This document shows, in pieces, positions 38,459 through 48,130 of a stretch of 64,000 nucleotides of DNA. Each line of letters begins with the position of its first letter. Positions within the stretch are counted from its first letter, which is position 1. The position numbers and the translations under genes are program-made. The notes under the pieces were generated by a model. That model was given only the letters and a program-made list of their open reading frames with translations, was not told the DNA's origin and made no database searches. This stretch comes from Euryarchaeota archaeon UBA558 (GTDB taxonomy: Archaea; Thermoplasmatota; Poseidoniia; Poseidoniales; Thalassarchaeaceae), in the NCBI GenBank assembly GCA_002507175.1, contig DAZE01000012.1, positions 25,134 to 89,133 on the forward strand. The letters run 5' to 3'.

Positions 38459-39532
38459 TCAAACAGTTGGTACGGGAACTTGATTCAGTATATCACGCAC
38501 AACTTCTTCAGTCTCGAGCCCCTTAATTTGATGCTCCGGCTTCAATATGAGTCTGTGAGATACAGCCAACGTCGCGACGGATTTGACATCATCAGGCGTG
38601 ACGAAATCTCGACCTCGCATTGCAGCAGCAGCACGAGAGGTCTTGAGCAATGCTTGGGATCCACGCGGTGAGGACCCCACCAAGACACGGGGGTCCTCTC
38701 TCGTCCTCGACACTACCTCAACCATATACATTCTAACAGCAGGGTCAACGTATACGTCCTCTATTGCTTCTTGCATTGCGACAACTCGCGATGGGTCGGT
38801 AATGACCTCAACATCGACATCATCTTTCTTCCGCTCTATTCGTCTTGCGAGAATCTCGTCTTCGTCTCCTCTGTCGGGATATCCAACGCTCATCTTGAAC
38901 ATGAATCTGTCTAGTTGGGCCTCTGGTAGAGGGTACGTACCTTCTTGTTCGACTGGATTCTGTGTGGCCATTGTTAGGAAAGGCGCAGGTAATTTGTGGG
39001 TCACAGTCCCAATGGTGACCTGCTTTTCTTGCATGGCCTCCAGCAGAGCAGCTTGGGTCTTTGGAGGTGCACGGTTGATCTCGTCTGACAAGAGCAGGTT
39101 GCAAAAAATTGGTCCGGGCTTGAATGTGAACTCACCCTTCTTGGCATCATAGATGTTAGTTCCCGTGATGTCAGCAGGCAGAAGGTCTGGCGTGAATTGA
39201 ACCCTCTTGAAGTCGCAGCCTAGCGCGTCAGCGAAGGTGTTCGTCATCAGGGTCTTTGCAAGACCAGGATAGTCCTCGAAAAGTAAGTTTCCGTTAGATA
39301 GAATGTTGATCAGAACATTGTCGATTACGTGCGCCTTTCCGATAATTACCTTTTGAACCTCGCCTGAGATAGCCTTAGCGATGGCGCTAACTGCCGTAAG
39401 GCGATCACTTACTTTCTCCCCGCCTCGTGCTTCTGCTGCTTTTTTGGCATAGCCCTCTTCGATTTTATCTGCATTCTTCCCTTTGTTTTTTGTACTAGCT
39501 GGCGGCGGTGGTGTATCTGACATATCATTCAC
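38459..39532 (-). CDS. moxR: MoxR-family AAA+ ATPase
   Basis: LLFEDYPGLAKTLMTNTFADALGCDFKRVQFTPDLLPADITGT, LLSDEINRAPPKTQAALLEAMQE and ATQNPVEQEGTYPLPEAQLDRF. Confidence 0.9.
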   Translation of the reverse strand: MNDMSDTPPPPASTKNKGKNADKIEEGYAKKAAEARGGEKVSDRLTAVSAIAKAISGEVQKVIIGKAHVIDNVLINILSNGNLLFEDYPGLAKTLMTNTFADALGCDFKRVQFTPDLLPADITGTNIYDAKKGEFTFKPGPIFCNLLLSDEINRAPPKTQAALLEAMQEKQVTIGTVTHKLPAPFLTMATQNPVEQEGTYPLPEAQLDRFMFKMSVGYPDRGDEDEILARRIERKKDDVDVEVITDPSRVVAMQEAIEDVYVDPAVRMYMVEVVSRTREDPRVLVGSSPRGSQALLKTSRAAAAMRGRDFVTPDDVKSVATLAVSHRLILKPEHQIKGLETEEVVRDILNQVPVPTV

Positions 39533-39542
39533 TCCTGTGTCT

Positions 39543-41165
39543 TCAGTTTGGCTTTCCCCATTTACGTATAGCGACCATCAACTGTCGCAATTCTTGGGAC
39601 TGGTAAACGCGAGATTGGCTGTATGCCAACTCTACAAGTTTGGGATCATTGATCATGTCTTGCACTTCTGACGGGGGCTTAAGAGCCAGTTGATCCCTTG
39701 TTAGGTCATAGTGAACTCTGACTTTTGTGAACAACGCTTGTTGAACCCTTTCCCTGTAAGTTGAGGGATCTAATTTGCCAGGCCTTTCTTTGAATCTAGT
39801 GAGGTCAAACACATGTCTCCAGTTCTCTTTCTGTGGGACAACCATCATTGAAACTAATAAAAGCAATCCCACGTTCAAAACTACAAGCCACTTCAGGAAT
39901 GGGTTTGAGGTAAGTAAAACCACGGTACCCATTGTTTCTACGAAGGGCGCTGACAATCTGCCTGTTGAGTGTCTGCTTTCATCAAAGACAATTTGGTACT
40001 GGGATTTGTCATCTCTGAAAGTTGAGGATAATTCTGGATTCCTGTGCTCCATCATGTCATAAATTAGAGCGTAGAAATATGCAGAATTTCCATTCCATTG
40101 TCCTTCGGGGAGTACATCCAACCAACATGAATTTACCGTGTCGCAATTGGATCTTATTCCTTGGGTCTGGGCTTGTTGGAGATCCCACAGCATGTTTGAG
40201 AAGGCTTCATCATCAGCGACAAAGGTTATGCTCCCGGTGACATCTACCTCAGCGACCTCAGTGGTGCCAACGAAACCGCCTTGACTTTCTTGGGGTTTAT
40301 CAAAAGCTTTCACAGGATAATCCGCTCGGATGACCAGTGCTAGGTCACCTGGTGCAGGATTCCTGTAATCTCCTGCATCTCCGGTCCTAGCCACATCAAT
40401 GAAAGCACCAGAGGAGGCTCTTGCTAATACCTTTACACTTCTGTGATCCGGGTCGGTTTCGTCCAAGTCAGTTGGCTCAAATTTCATGCCAGTAGGCGAT
40501 CTAAACATAACAGGCAGTCTACAATTTGTCATTAGGTTGTTCCTAATCTGGCCGTCTGTACAAACTTGGCTGAGGTAGGCGGGTTGCATGGATTCCACGT
40601 CCTGGTTTACTGAGGCAGCGGACCATACGTTCCTCCATGATGGAGAATAAGGCTCACCATCATCGTTGTAGATAAGGAAATGTTGATTCTCATCATGTAG
40701 AGGGTCATCGAAAAAAGTCACCCCGAACAATGATGCCAATTCGTTTGCGTTAGAGTTCTCAGCAGCCACAATCACTTTTCCACCAGACTCTGTGACAAAG
40801 TTGTGAATCGCCCGCGCTTCGGTTTGATCGATTGGCTTTTCGGGCCCCACTATAACCAACATGCTTCTGTGCGGATCCCTCCAATCGTTGACGAGCATAG
40901 GTGTAGAGATGGTGTTTGCAACGTCATAGCCCAAAGAAACCTCTCCATTGCCTTTATCGAGATTTTCCATGAGCGTGGATCTCATCGTCGATAGTTGAGC
41001 AAATTTTTCTTCGTCGGTGTCTCCGCCTTCAACATACGCAGAATAATACGTTTCGTTTGATAAAACGAAGAACATCGGAAGAACCAACAACAGAATGGCA
41101 GTGACTGCAAGTGACCAAACCACGATTCTGTTGAACCGCTCTGCATCGCTGTCTGTTTTGGCCAT
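39543..41165 (-). CDS. Bitopic membrane protein with a large extracytoplasmic domain (DUF4350-like by architecture)
   Basis: N-terminal TM helix (VVWSLAVTAILLLVLPMFFVL), ~400-aa external domain, C-terminal TM helix and a ~95-aa cytoplasmic tail. 10 nt upstream of moxR. Confidence 0.55.
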   Translation of the reverse strand: MAKTDSDAERFNRIVVWSLAVTAILLLVLPMFFVLSNETYYSAYVEGGDTDEEKFAQLSTMRSTLMENLDKGNGEVSLGYDVANTISTPMLVNDWRDPHRSMLVIVGPEKPIDQTEARAIHNFVTESGGKVIVAAENSNANELASLFGVTFFDDPLHDENQHFLIYNDDGEPYSPSWRNVWSAASVNQDVESMQPAYLSQVCTDGQIRNNLMTNCRLPVMFRSPTGMKFEPTDLDETDPDHRSVKVLARASSGAFIDVARTGDAGDYRNPAPGDLALVIRADYPVKAFDKPQESQGGFVGTTEVAEVDVTGSITFVADDEAFSNMLWDLQQAQTQGIRSNCDTVNSCWLDVLPEGQWNGNSAYFYALIYDMMEHRNPELSSTFRDDKSQYQIVFDESRHSTGRLSAPFVETMGTVVLLTSNPFLKWLVVLNVGLLLLVSMMVVPQKENWRHVFDLTRFKERPGKLDPSTYRERVQQALFTKVRVHYDLTRDQLALKPPSEVQDMINDPKLVELAYSQSRVYQSQELRQLMVAIRKWGKPN

Positions 41166-41279
41166 TGTAATCGCCTACGCTGGCCCCCCACGGAGGCCGA
41201 CAAGGCTTTGCGGCATTCGCGAGGTGTTATAGGTTGCTGAAAGTCGATCTTGATTGCAAGGAGGAATTTTGAACAGATT

Positions 41280-42338
41280 TTACACTTTCCTGCGGATAAA
41301 AGCTGCAATCAACAATGACGTGCCTGTGCCTAAAACCCCGATGTGGGGAAGTCCCGTAGTTACAACCTCGACCGTCCCTGACCCGTCATCGACCGGCTCC
41401 TTGTCCCCACTTTCTCCGGTGGCGGCCTGTACCTCTATCCGAGTGGAATCAGTTGATGTTTGGCTGCCGTCAGAACCTTGGGAAACGATTTGAATATCCA
41501 CGTCGCAGGATCTGGAGGGGTGGCTAAGAGCGGCCTCAAATACCAGGTTTGCAGTGATTGTAGCCCCCGGCGCAATTTCTTTATTGGTTATTTCAGAGGT
41601 CTGAGACCCGACCGTAATCAATGTGCAATCCACAGAGACATCGGTTTCGGAAACCCTATCAGCGATGTTCCCATTGTTCTGGACAAAAACTCTGAGAATC
41701 GTGTCCGCACCCGCGTTCATCGGCCCGACAGGGTCGTCAATGCGAACTTCCAAGTTGAAAACCTCCGGTATCTCCAACTGAACATCGTCCGAAGCAGTAT
41801 CTCCCGGAAGGGCAATAGGGACCCCCTGTCTTGCGATAACCGTCCCAGTTACCTCGAACAGCTCACTGGTGCTTGCAGCGTAATTCAGCACATCCACACC
41901 GCTTACGACGCCATAGACAGTGGTATTCTCTCCTGCCGCCACACTCAAATCTCCCGGGCAGGACACCTGAGCATCGAATGGGGATGTACAATCCAATGAG
42001 ACTGTTATGGTGGTGATGCCGTTGTTTTCGACCAAAATCGGAATAGAGGCGTCGCCCTTATCCGAAAGTGTGATTTTTTGAATCTCTCCGTTTTCGTCGG
42101 AAATTGAAACAGACCAGGCTCCCGGACCGTCCTGTCCCACTACAGAATTCAAGCTAGAGAGTGCTAGAATGACAGTTGCAACTAGCCAGATGTGACTCTT
42201 TTTGAGGTCTCTTCCATCGCTCTTCTGGCCAACACGGAGGCCATTTTCTTTCGATATGCTGGTGGGAACCACGTATTCAGTACGGGTCGCACCGCTCTCT
42301 TGAGTTCTGCCCCCAGTCGCTCTGCTTCGAGGGCCCAA
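41280..42338 (-). CDS. Secreted beta-sandwich (CARDB/Ig-like) protein with a C-terminal anchor
   Basis: Signal-like KKSHIWLVATVILALSSLNSVVGQ. Two beta-rich repeats. Terminal GLPHIGVLGTGTSLLIAAFIRRKV. The start is uncertain: TTG at 42338 or GTG at 42272, and both overlap the upstream coxM-like gene. Confidence 0.55.
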   Translation of the reverse strand: MGPRSRATGGRTQESGATRTEYVVPTSISKENGLRVGQKSDGRDLKKSHIWLVATVILALSSLNSVVGQDGPGAWSVSISDENGEIQKITLSDKGDASIPILVENNGITTITVSLDCTSPFDAQVSCPGDLSVAAGENTTVYGVVSGVDVLNYAASTSELFEVTGTVIARQGVPIALPGDTASDDVQLEIPEVFNLEVRIDDPVGPMNAGADTILRVFVQNNGNIADRVSETDVSVDCTLITVGSQTSEITNKEIAPGATITANLVFEAALSHPSRSCDVDIQIVSQGSDGSQTSTDSTRIEVQAATGESGDKEPVDDGSGTVEVVTTGLPHIGVLGTGTSLLIAAFIRRKV

Positions 42339-43177
42339 TTGGGACCTTTATCGAGGGCTTCGATCAATTCTATGTGCTTCCGGGGGATGCTCTCGAATCC
42401 CGTGCTGGCCATATTGATTGTTGATACAGTCCCATCAGCTGAAATTCCCACAGAAAAGGCAACTCCTCCTTCAGGAAAATCCCAAGCCTCCCGCAGTCGA
42501 AGTTTCTGGTACGAGCCAATAAAGTCGGCGGAATTCTCCGGAAGTTGGATGTGTGTCACTATTTCCCCGGTTTCCAAGACGTTCCTCGTTATGCCATCCT
42601 CTTGGAAGAAATCTTCCAGTAACATGCTTCGAGTACCTCTGTGAGATGCCAGGTGGATTCTGGCATCCAAGCACATCAATGCTGGGGCAAGATCGCCCTG
42701 ATAAGTTGCGACGCATAGCTCATTCTGATTTGGAATCACTCTGCAATCTGCACCAGTGCCCTCATCGCACTTGTGGCAGTAATCTATGGATTTCCTCCAT
42801 GTTTCAGATTGGTTCAGCCAGAAACACCGGGTGTCCAAGCACAGGTTCCCTCCTAGTGTGCCAGATCTTCGAATCATCACGCTTGCGATTGTCCCCGCAG
42901 CTTCAACGATCAGAGGATGAGCGACAGTTGACTCTACAATGTCCTGAAGCCTCACCATTGCACCAATCCTTGTTGCCGATATGCCTTTGAGTTCACTAAC
43001 TCCGAATATAGAAATGACGTGAGGCTTTGGGTTTATTCCCCATTTATAGTTTGGAATCAAATCCGTACCTCCGGATATCCAGTCAAAATCATGTCCGCCC
43101 TCATGCAAATGCTTTGCTGTTTCGAGGGCATCATCGAGAGTTTTTGGCATGTGGACTTCAAATGCAGGCGTCTTCAT
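42182..43177 (-). CDS. Mo-hydroxylase FAD-binding medium subunit (CoxM/XdhB-like)
   Basis: FEVHMPKTLDDAL..ISGGTDLIP, GTLGGNLC and the C-terminal PPAYRKKMASVLARRAMEE. ATGA overlap with the large subunit gene. Confidence 0.85.
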   Translation of the reverse strand: MKTPAFEVHMPKTLDDALETAKHLHEGGHDFDWISGGTDLIPNYKWGINPKPHVISIFGVSELKGISATRIGAMVRLQDIVESTVAHPLIVEAAGTIASVMIRRSGTLGGNLCLDTRCFWLNQSETWRKSIDYCHKCDEGTGADCRVIPNQNELCVATYQGDLAPALMCLDARIHLASHRGTRSMLLEDFFQEDGITRNVLETGEIVTHIQLPENSADFIGSYQKLRLREAWDFPEGGVAFSVGISADGTVSTINMASTGFESIPRKHIELIEALDKGPNWALEAERLGAELKRAVRPVLNTWFPPAYRKKMASVLARRAMEETSKRVTSG

Positions 43178-45951
43178 TCAACTCCCTCCATGTGTCTTCG
43201 CTCTTTGTGCAGCCAAGCACTGCCGGCGAGTTTTGGATTCTCCAGATATTCTTGATCCGGAAGGACTTGAACAGTCCAGTCCGGATCATTTTCCTCCGGG
43301 GGTCCTGTGTCATGACGATTGAACAATTGCCCGTTGTAGTAGGCATCTGGATTTGGATTTAAGCGCCTTTCTCTATCACGTTTTGCGTGATCTTTTGCCC
43401 TTCGAATTAGTATATCAGAGAGGGGGGTCTGCTCTAGGGAGGGGTTAGGAAGATCCCTAGGATCTTTAATGCCCTGTTGTTTGCAAGCTTTCTCTATGGA
43501 TCTGTACAATCTGTCAGGGGTTAGTGGCAACTCATTGGTCCTCACCCCGATGGCGTCATAGACTGCATTACAAACTGCTGGAAGTATGGGTAGGAGAGGG
43601 CCTTCGCCAGCCTCTTTGGCACCAAAAGGCCCCTCTGGATCATTCGACTCGACGATAATAGGGACAACCTCCGGCATTTCATGAACCGTCGGTATCTTGT
43701 ATCCTAATAGGTCTGGATTGAGGAGATTGCCAGTCCTTCCGTACTTCATTTCCTCAGATATGACTTGTCCCAATCCCATGTGGCAAGATCCGATGATCTG
43801 CCCTTCCACGGAGAGTGGATTCAGTGCCTTACCACAGTCGTGCGCAGCCCAGACTTTCTCAACCTTGATCCGCCCTGTCTCTATGTCAACGTCTACTTCT
43901 GCCACATAAGCGGAGAAAGAATAAGCAGGAGCCAGTCCGGCCGCAGCCCCCTTGTGCATTTTCCCCATGGGTGGAGTTCTGTAGGATCCAGAGGCGATCA
44001 AAGCGCCCCTGTCTTCTTGTGCCTTGTGTAGCGCTTGGAGATAAGATACGCCGACAGCAGGATCCTTTTTGTTGAAAATCCTCCTGTCCCCCAGCACCAA
44101 ACAAGAGGCTTCAACTCCCGTGATTAATGACGCTGCCTCAATCAACTCGGACCGGACCTCCATTGCTGCGGAAACTGCAGCATTTGCATTCATGAATGTG
44201 ACTCTGCTAGAGTAAGAACCGAGGTCTACCGGAGACGTATCTGACTCCTTTGATCTTATTCTAATCATGTCCATCGGAAGGCCCAATACCTCAGCGACTG
44301 CTTGACCGACTACCGTGTCGGATCCCTGTCCGATGTCTGCGGCACCGGTATGAATCGTTACTCCTCCGTCCATGTCTATCTTCAGATGTACTGTGGCATG
44401 AGGAAACTTGTTGGGATCCCAGTGTATGGGAAGACCACTTCCAGATATGAAGAATCCACATCCGACACCTATCCCCTTTCCGAGCGGCATCTTTCTGAAT
44501 TTTTTATCCCACCCTGACTCCTTGCGGACCCTCTCCAGGCATTCTCTCATTCCGATCGATGTCACCCTAAAACCGGTAATTGTCGCAGAATGCGGGGGAA
44601 GCAAATTAGCCAGCCGCAGGTCGATGGGGTCCACGCCCAACTCTTCCGAAATATGGTCAATTCCCACTTCCACGGCACACCTAGAATTCACTGCACCGTG
44701 CCCCCTCATGGCTCCACTGGCGGGCTTGTTTGTCCAGACCCTTGCTCCGGTGTAGTGGAATGCTCCAATCTCATAAGGTGCCGTATGCAAAACACCGTTG
44801 TAGTAAGTGGTCACATGCCCGAACGAGGCGAATCCGCCCCCGTCAATCAAAGCATCAGTTTCAATCCCACTGAATCTTCCCTCTTTGTCGGCATGAATAG
44901 CCATCGAAATCCTTGATGGGTGGCGCCCTCTGTTCGTCCAGAACACCTCCTCTCTATCGAAGGTGATTCTAACTGGCCTACCGCTTTTTCTTGCAAGAAT
45001 GGCCGCGCACATCTCGTGAGGAAAAGGATCCGACTTGCCGCCAAAGCCACCCCCGACATACGTCCTGTGGACATTTATTTGATGCATTGGAATGTCCAAT
45101 ACATCTGCTAAGGCCCTATGAACGTAATGAGGCACTTGTTGCGGGGTGTAGAGGGTTAATCGGCCCCGAGGATCCCAATGAGCGACAACAGCATGCGGCT
45201 CGGTAAATCCATGGTTTACCCCTTTGAAAGTCCACTCGTTTTCATAGGATGCAATTGAGTTCTTCAAGTCTGATATTCTCCCAAATCTTTGGAAAACTCT
45301 TTTCTGAACATTTGACTCACCTATGTGATATATGTCCCTGTCGTGAATAGGGTCTGGTGAATCTTTAAGCCCGTCCCTCATGTCAAAAATAGGCTCTAGA
45401 TCTTGGTATTCTATCCTAACTGCAGCGGACGCCAGCCTCGCAGTTTCTTCGTCTTCAGCCGCGACACAAGCAACAATATCGCCAATATGCCTGACCTTCT
45501 CCAGTGCCATTGCATGCTCGTCCTTCGTGACGGGGAGGACTCCGAAAGCTGATGGCGCATCGATGCCTGTAGCGGTCGCCAAGACACCGGGAATTGATTC
45601 GACATCGGTCATGTCAATAGATAGGACTTTTGCATAATGACGGTCGCTTCGCACAAGGCGACCAATAATTTCTCCGGGCAGCCGGACATCGTCACCATAC
45701 ACAGCCTGTCCGGTCACCTTCCATCTGCTGTCGATCAATGGCGTTCTTTTTCCTATGATCCTACCAGTGACCAAGTCATCATGGCGATGGGGGCCCCATG
45801 GTTGGTCCAATTCCCCCCCTTGGCTTTGAGGAATCATACTGGGATCTCTTTTTTCCGAATTGGGCGATGAGCCGCCTGATCCTGGCCTAGTGAAGTCAAG
45901 CTTGCCAGGCTGTTGGCGATACCCGACGATCTCTTTCTTGTCTTCTGGCAT
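43174..45951 (-). CDS. Mo-hydroxylase molybdopterin-binding large subunit (xanthine dehydrogenase / aldehyde oxidoreductase / CoxL family)
   Basis: KVTGQAVYGDDVRLPGEIIGRLVRS (a/b hammerhead), GGGFGGKS, GAMRGHG and FGAKEAGEGPLLP (catalytic Glu region). The ATG at 45951 (MPEDKK) lies 4 nt after the small-subunit stop; the track ORF opens at 46041. Confidence 0.9.
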   Translation of the reverse strand: MPEDKKEIVGYRQQPGKLDFTRPGSGGSSPNSEKRDPSMIPQSQGGELDQPWGPHRHDDLVTGRIIGKRTPLIDSRWKVTGQAVYGDDVRLPGEIIGRLVRSDRHYAKVLSIDMTDVESIPGVLATATGIDAPSAFGVLPVTKDEHAMALEKVRHIGDIVACVAAEDEETARLASAAVRIEYQDLEPIFDMRDGLKDSPDPIHDRDIYHIGESNVQKRVFQRFGRISDLKNSIASYENEWTFKGVNHGFTEPHAVVAHWDPRGRLTLYTPQQVPHYVHRALADVLDIPMHQINVHRTYVGGGFGGKSDPFPHEMCAAILARKSGRPVRITFDREEVFWTNRGRHPSRISMAIHADKEGRFSGIETDALIDGGGFASFGHVTTYYNGVLHTAPYEIGAFHYTGARVWTNKPASGAMRGHGAVNSRCAVEVGIDHISEELGVDPIDLRLANLLPPHSATITGFRVTSIGMRECLERVRKESGWDKKFRKMPLGKGIGVGCGFFISGSGLPIHWDPNKFPHATVHLKIDMDGGVTIHTGAADIGQGSDTVVGQAVAEVLGLPMDMIRIRSKESDTSPVDLGSYSSRVTFMNANAAVSAAMEVRSELIEAASLITGVEASCLVLGDRRIFNKKDPAVGVSYLQALHKAQEDRGALIASGSYRTPPMGKMHKGAAAGLAPAYSFSAYVAEVDVDIETGRIKVEKVWAAHDCGKALNPLSVEGQIIGSCHMGLGQVISEEMKYGRTGNLLNPDLLGYKIPTVHEMPEVVPIIVESNDPEGPFGAKEAGEGPLLPILPAVCNAVYDAIGVRTNELPLTPDRLYRSIEKACKQQGIKDPRDLPNPSLEQTPLSDILIRRAKDHAKRDRERRLNPNPDAYYNGQLFNRHDTGPPEENDPDWTVQVLPDQEYLENPKLAGSAWLHKERRHMEGVE

Positions 45952-45955
45952 TGAT

Positions 45956-46522
45956 TCAGCCTCCGAAGCCCGGATCTGGATCACTCGCTGGCTCAGTAAT
46001 GGGCTTATTTTGAATCCCCTCCGAGAGAATCTTCGATGCACTCATTATTGAATCGACTATTTGTTGATAGCCTGTGCACCTGCACAGGTTTCCTTCAATT
46101 GCATCCATTGCCTCTTGTCGAGTTGGGGTAGGATTTGTTTCCAACAAAGCCGCACTTGTGACTAGGAACCCCGGAGTACAAAATCCACATTGACTGCCCC
46201 CACACTCGGCAAACATCTCTTGAATGGGATGTAGATGATGTCCGTCAGAAAGTCCCTCTACTGTGGTTACTTGACGGTCTTTTGCCTCTAAAGCCAAGGT
46301 CATGCATGATAATCTTGGTTTACCATCAATCAACACGGTGCAGCACCCACAGGTCCCCATGTCACACCCCCTCTTGGTGCCCAGTGATCCGATACCGTCC
46401 CTGAGTACATCGAGTAGAACGTCATAATTTTTGATGATTGTTTGCACTTGTTTCCCATTTACTGATGCAGTCCAGACCTCCACTGGGGGGTTGCCTGCCA
46501 AGGGGAGTGGATGGGATGCCAT
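45956..46522 (-). CDS. Mo-hydroxylase [2Fe-2S] small subunit (CoxS-like)
   Basis: GCDMGTCGCCTV, CGFCTPG and LCRCTGY are the two 2Fe-2S binding patterns. Confidence 0.9.
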   Translation of the reverse strand: MASHPLPLAGNPPVEVWTASVNGKQVQTIIKNYDVLLDVLRDGIGSLGTKRGCDMGTCGCCTVLIDGKPRLSCMTLALEAKDRQVTTVEGLSDGHHLHPIQEMFAECGGSQCGFCTPGFLVTSAALLETNPTPTRQEAMDAIEGNLCRCTGYQQIVDSIMSASKILSEGIQNKPITEPASDPDPGFGG

Positions 46523-46563
46523 GTTTACCGACTTGCATGCAGGTGTAAGAGACTTAGGGCTGG

Positions 46564-47271
46564 TCAGCCAATGTCGTCGACCACCTTAGACATCACTGAT
46601 TGTTCTATGAGTTTGAGATGACCTCCCATTGTAGATCTGGCCATGCCCATGCTTTCCGCCAGATCTTTGATCTTGATACCCCTTTCCTCAGAATAATAAC
46701 CTAGGATGACTGCTTGTCGCAATACTTCAATTTGCCGTTCAGTCAGTATATCTCTCCATACATCTCCTTCATTGCTCTTTACGGATTGTATGCTAATAGA
46801 GTCCCACGGCATCGTTATTTTGAACAATTCAATTAGTCGTTTCATGGAGTCTGACCTACCTGTGAAATTTAATTCGAGTCCGTCCTTGTCCAATCCATAG
46901 GGGGGGTGCAAGTGTATTTTTTCCAAATCCAACATCATCATAGGTATCGAGTGAGTCAAATTGACCGAAGCGAGGTATGAGCCCGTTACCTCGTCTTTTT
47001 CGTGGATTTCTAAAACATCAAAGGTCGGAATATCATCTATTTTTTCCAACCCACCTTCTTCGGGTATTATCTCAGCAAGGTGCTCAATACCATCTTCGCC
47101 AAGCTTCATGTGGGCGAGAATTTCGTATTTTTGCACGACGTCCATCAACTGCTTGAATTCTGTTATTCCCTCTAGGTCGGAACGATTCCATCGTAGCCTC
47201 AACCGCCGCACGATTTCCAAATATAACTCATTAGTTATGAAATTGAAGGTGGAGGGAAGCGACTTGCTCAT
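46564..47271 (-). CDS. HTH_10 (bacterio-opsin-activator-type) transcriptional regulator
   Basis: C-terminal LTERQIEVLRQAVILGYYSEERGIKIKDLAESMGMARSTMGGHLKLIEQSV. The N-terminal ~170 aa are an unassigned sensor-like domain. Confidence 0.8.
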   Translation of the reverse strand: MSKSLPSTFNFITNELYLEIVRRLRLRWNRSDLEGITEFKQLMDVVQKYEILAHMKLGEDGIEHLAEIIPEEGGLEKIDDIPTFDVLEIHEKDEVTGSYLASVNLTHSIPMMMLDLEKIHLHPPYGLDKDGLELNFTGRSDSMKRLIELFKITMPWDSISIQSVKSNEGDVWRDILTERQIEVLRQAVILGYYSEERGIKIKDLAESMGMARSTMGGHLKLIEQSVMSKVVDDIG

Positions 47272-48104
47272 GACTTACTTCTAGTCAAGAGTATGATCTC
47301 GCTACACACCGAAAAAGCGATTTCTTCAACTGTTACAGCCCCAATTGGAGAACCTATTGGACATCTGACTGAATTCAAACGCTCATCCGAGATGCCCTCA
47401 GTTCTAGCTGATTTTGCAAACTCCCTCCACTTTGTCTTGGAACCAATGCAACCCAAGCGGACTGGAAGCTCCTCGATGTGTGAAAGAAGCCCAATCAGTA
47501 GCTTCTGGTCTATTGCCCAATCATGGCCAAGCAGTAGGATGTCTGAAAATCGGGCTAGACTTGAGGGCGCTTCAGCCATCAAGAACTCATCAGCTTTGGA
47601 GTTGATCCTCTCCGATGCATTGGGGAACATTTCAGGAGATGCAAAGTACTCACGTTCATCGAAGACGCTATGGTGCCATCCCAATAGATCGCATGCCTCA
47701 CTGATAGCCTTGGCAACATGCCCACCGCCCATCAGGAGAATATGGGGACAGGGCTCAAACTTCTCGAAAGCCACAGTCACCCGGCCACCACAGAGGCTGT
47801 TTAGGTTGGTGGTAGAATCATCATTGGATGATGTGGAGAGGACGAATGTCTCGATGCCACCGAGAGACCCGTTTAGCATGGCACTGAGCCTTCCCTCGAT
47901 TTTAACCTCCAGACCTGCCCCGCCGACTGTGCCATGCCTGGCACCTGAGGAAGAAAATGCCATTTTTGCCCCTACTTTTGCGGGAACACTTCCGTCCGAC
48001 TCAATTATTGATGCCATTGCGACGGTATTCAACTGTTCGAGTTGATCCAATGCCCACATCATCGTCTTTGAGCCCATGAAAAAAACATCCTGAGCGGCGT
48101 TCAA
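47268..48104 (-). CDS. xdhC: XdhC/CoxI-family Mo-cofactor insertion chaperone
   Basis: N-terminal XdhC_CoxI region (ASIIESDGSVPAKVGAKM) and a C-terminal Rossmann region (ILLMGGGHVAKAISEA..). An alternative ATG lies at 48077. Confidence 0.8.
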   Translation of the reverse strand: MNAAQDVFFMGSKTMMWALDQLEQLNTVAMASIIESDGSVPAKVGAKMAFSSSGARHGTVGGAGLEVKIEGRLSAMLNGSLGGIETFVLSTSSNDDSTTNLNSLCGGRVTVAFEKFEPCPHILLMGGGHVAKAISEACDLLGWHHSVFDEREYFASPEMFPNASERINSKADEFLMAEAPSSLARFSDILLLGHDWAIDQKLLIGLLSHIEELPVRLGCIGSKTKWREFAKSARTEGISDERLNSVRCPIGSPIGAVTVEEIAFSVCSEIILLTRSKS

Positions 48105-48130
48105 ACACCCCTTGCAATATCCCGCCCTGA

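Noticed and set aside
43174-45951. Aerobic (form I) carbon monoxide dehydrogenase, as the coxSLM-like gene order might suggest.
   Set aside because: The large subunit lacks the AYRCSFR active-site loop and has GAMRGHG instead. No coxDEFG accessory genes are present. I treat it as a generic Mo-hydroxylase.
47293-48045. Long antisense ORFs: 47293-48045 (250 aa, opposite xdhC), 38583-39152 (opposite moxR), 54570-55136 (opposite moeB), 41460-41999, 34326-34817, 845-1300 and 1340-1747.
   Set aside because: Each lies wholly inside a gene with strong family motifs on the other strand. Their translations are low-complexity (Ser/Pro/Arg-rich) with no recognisable motif. They are shadow frames.
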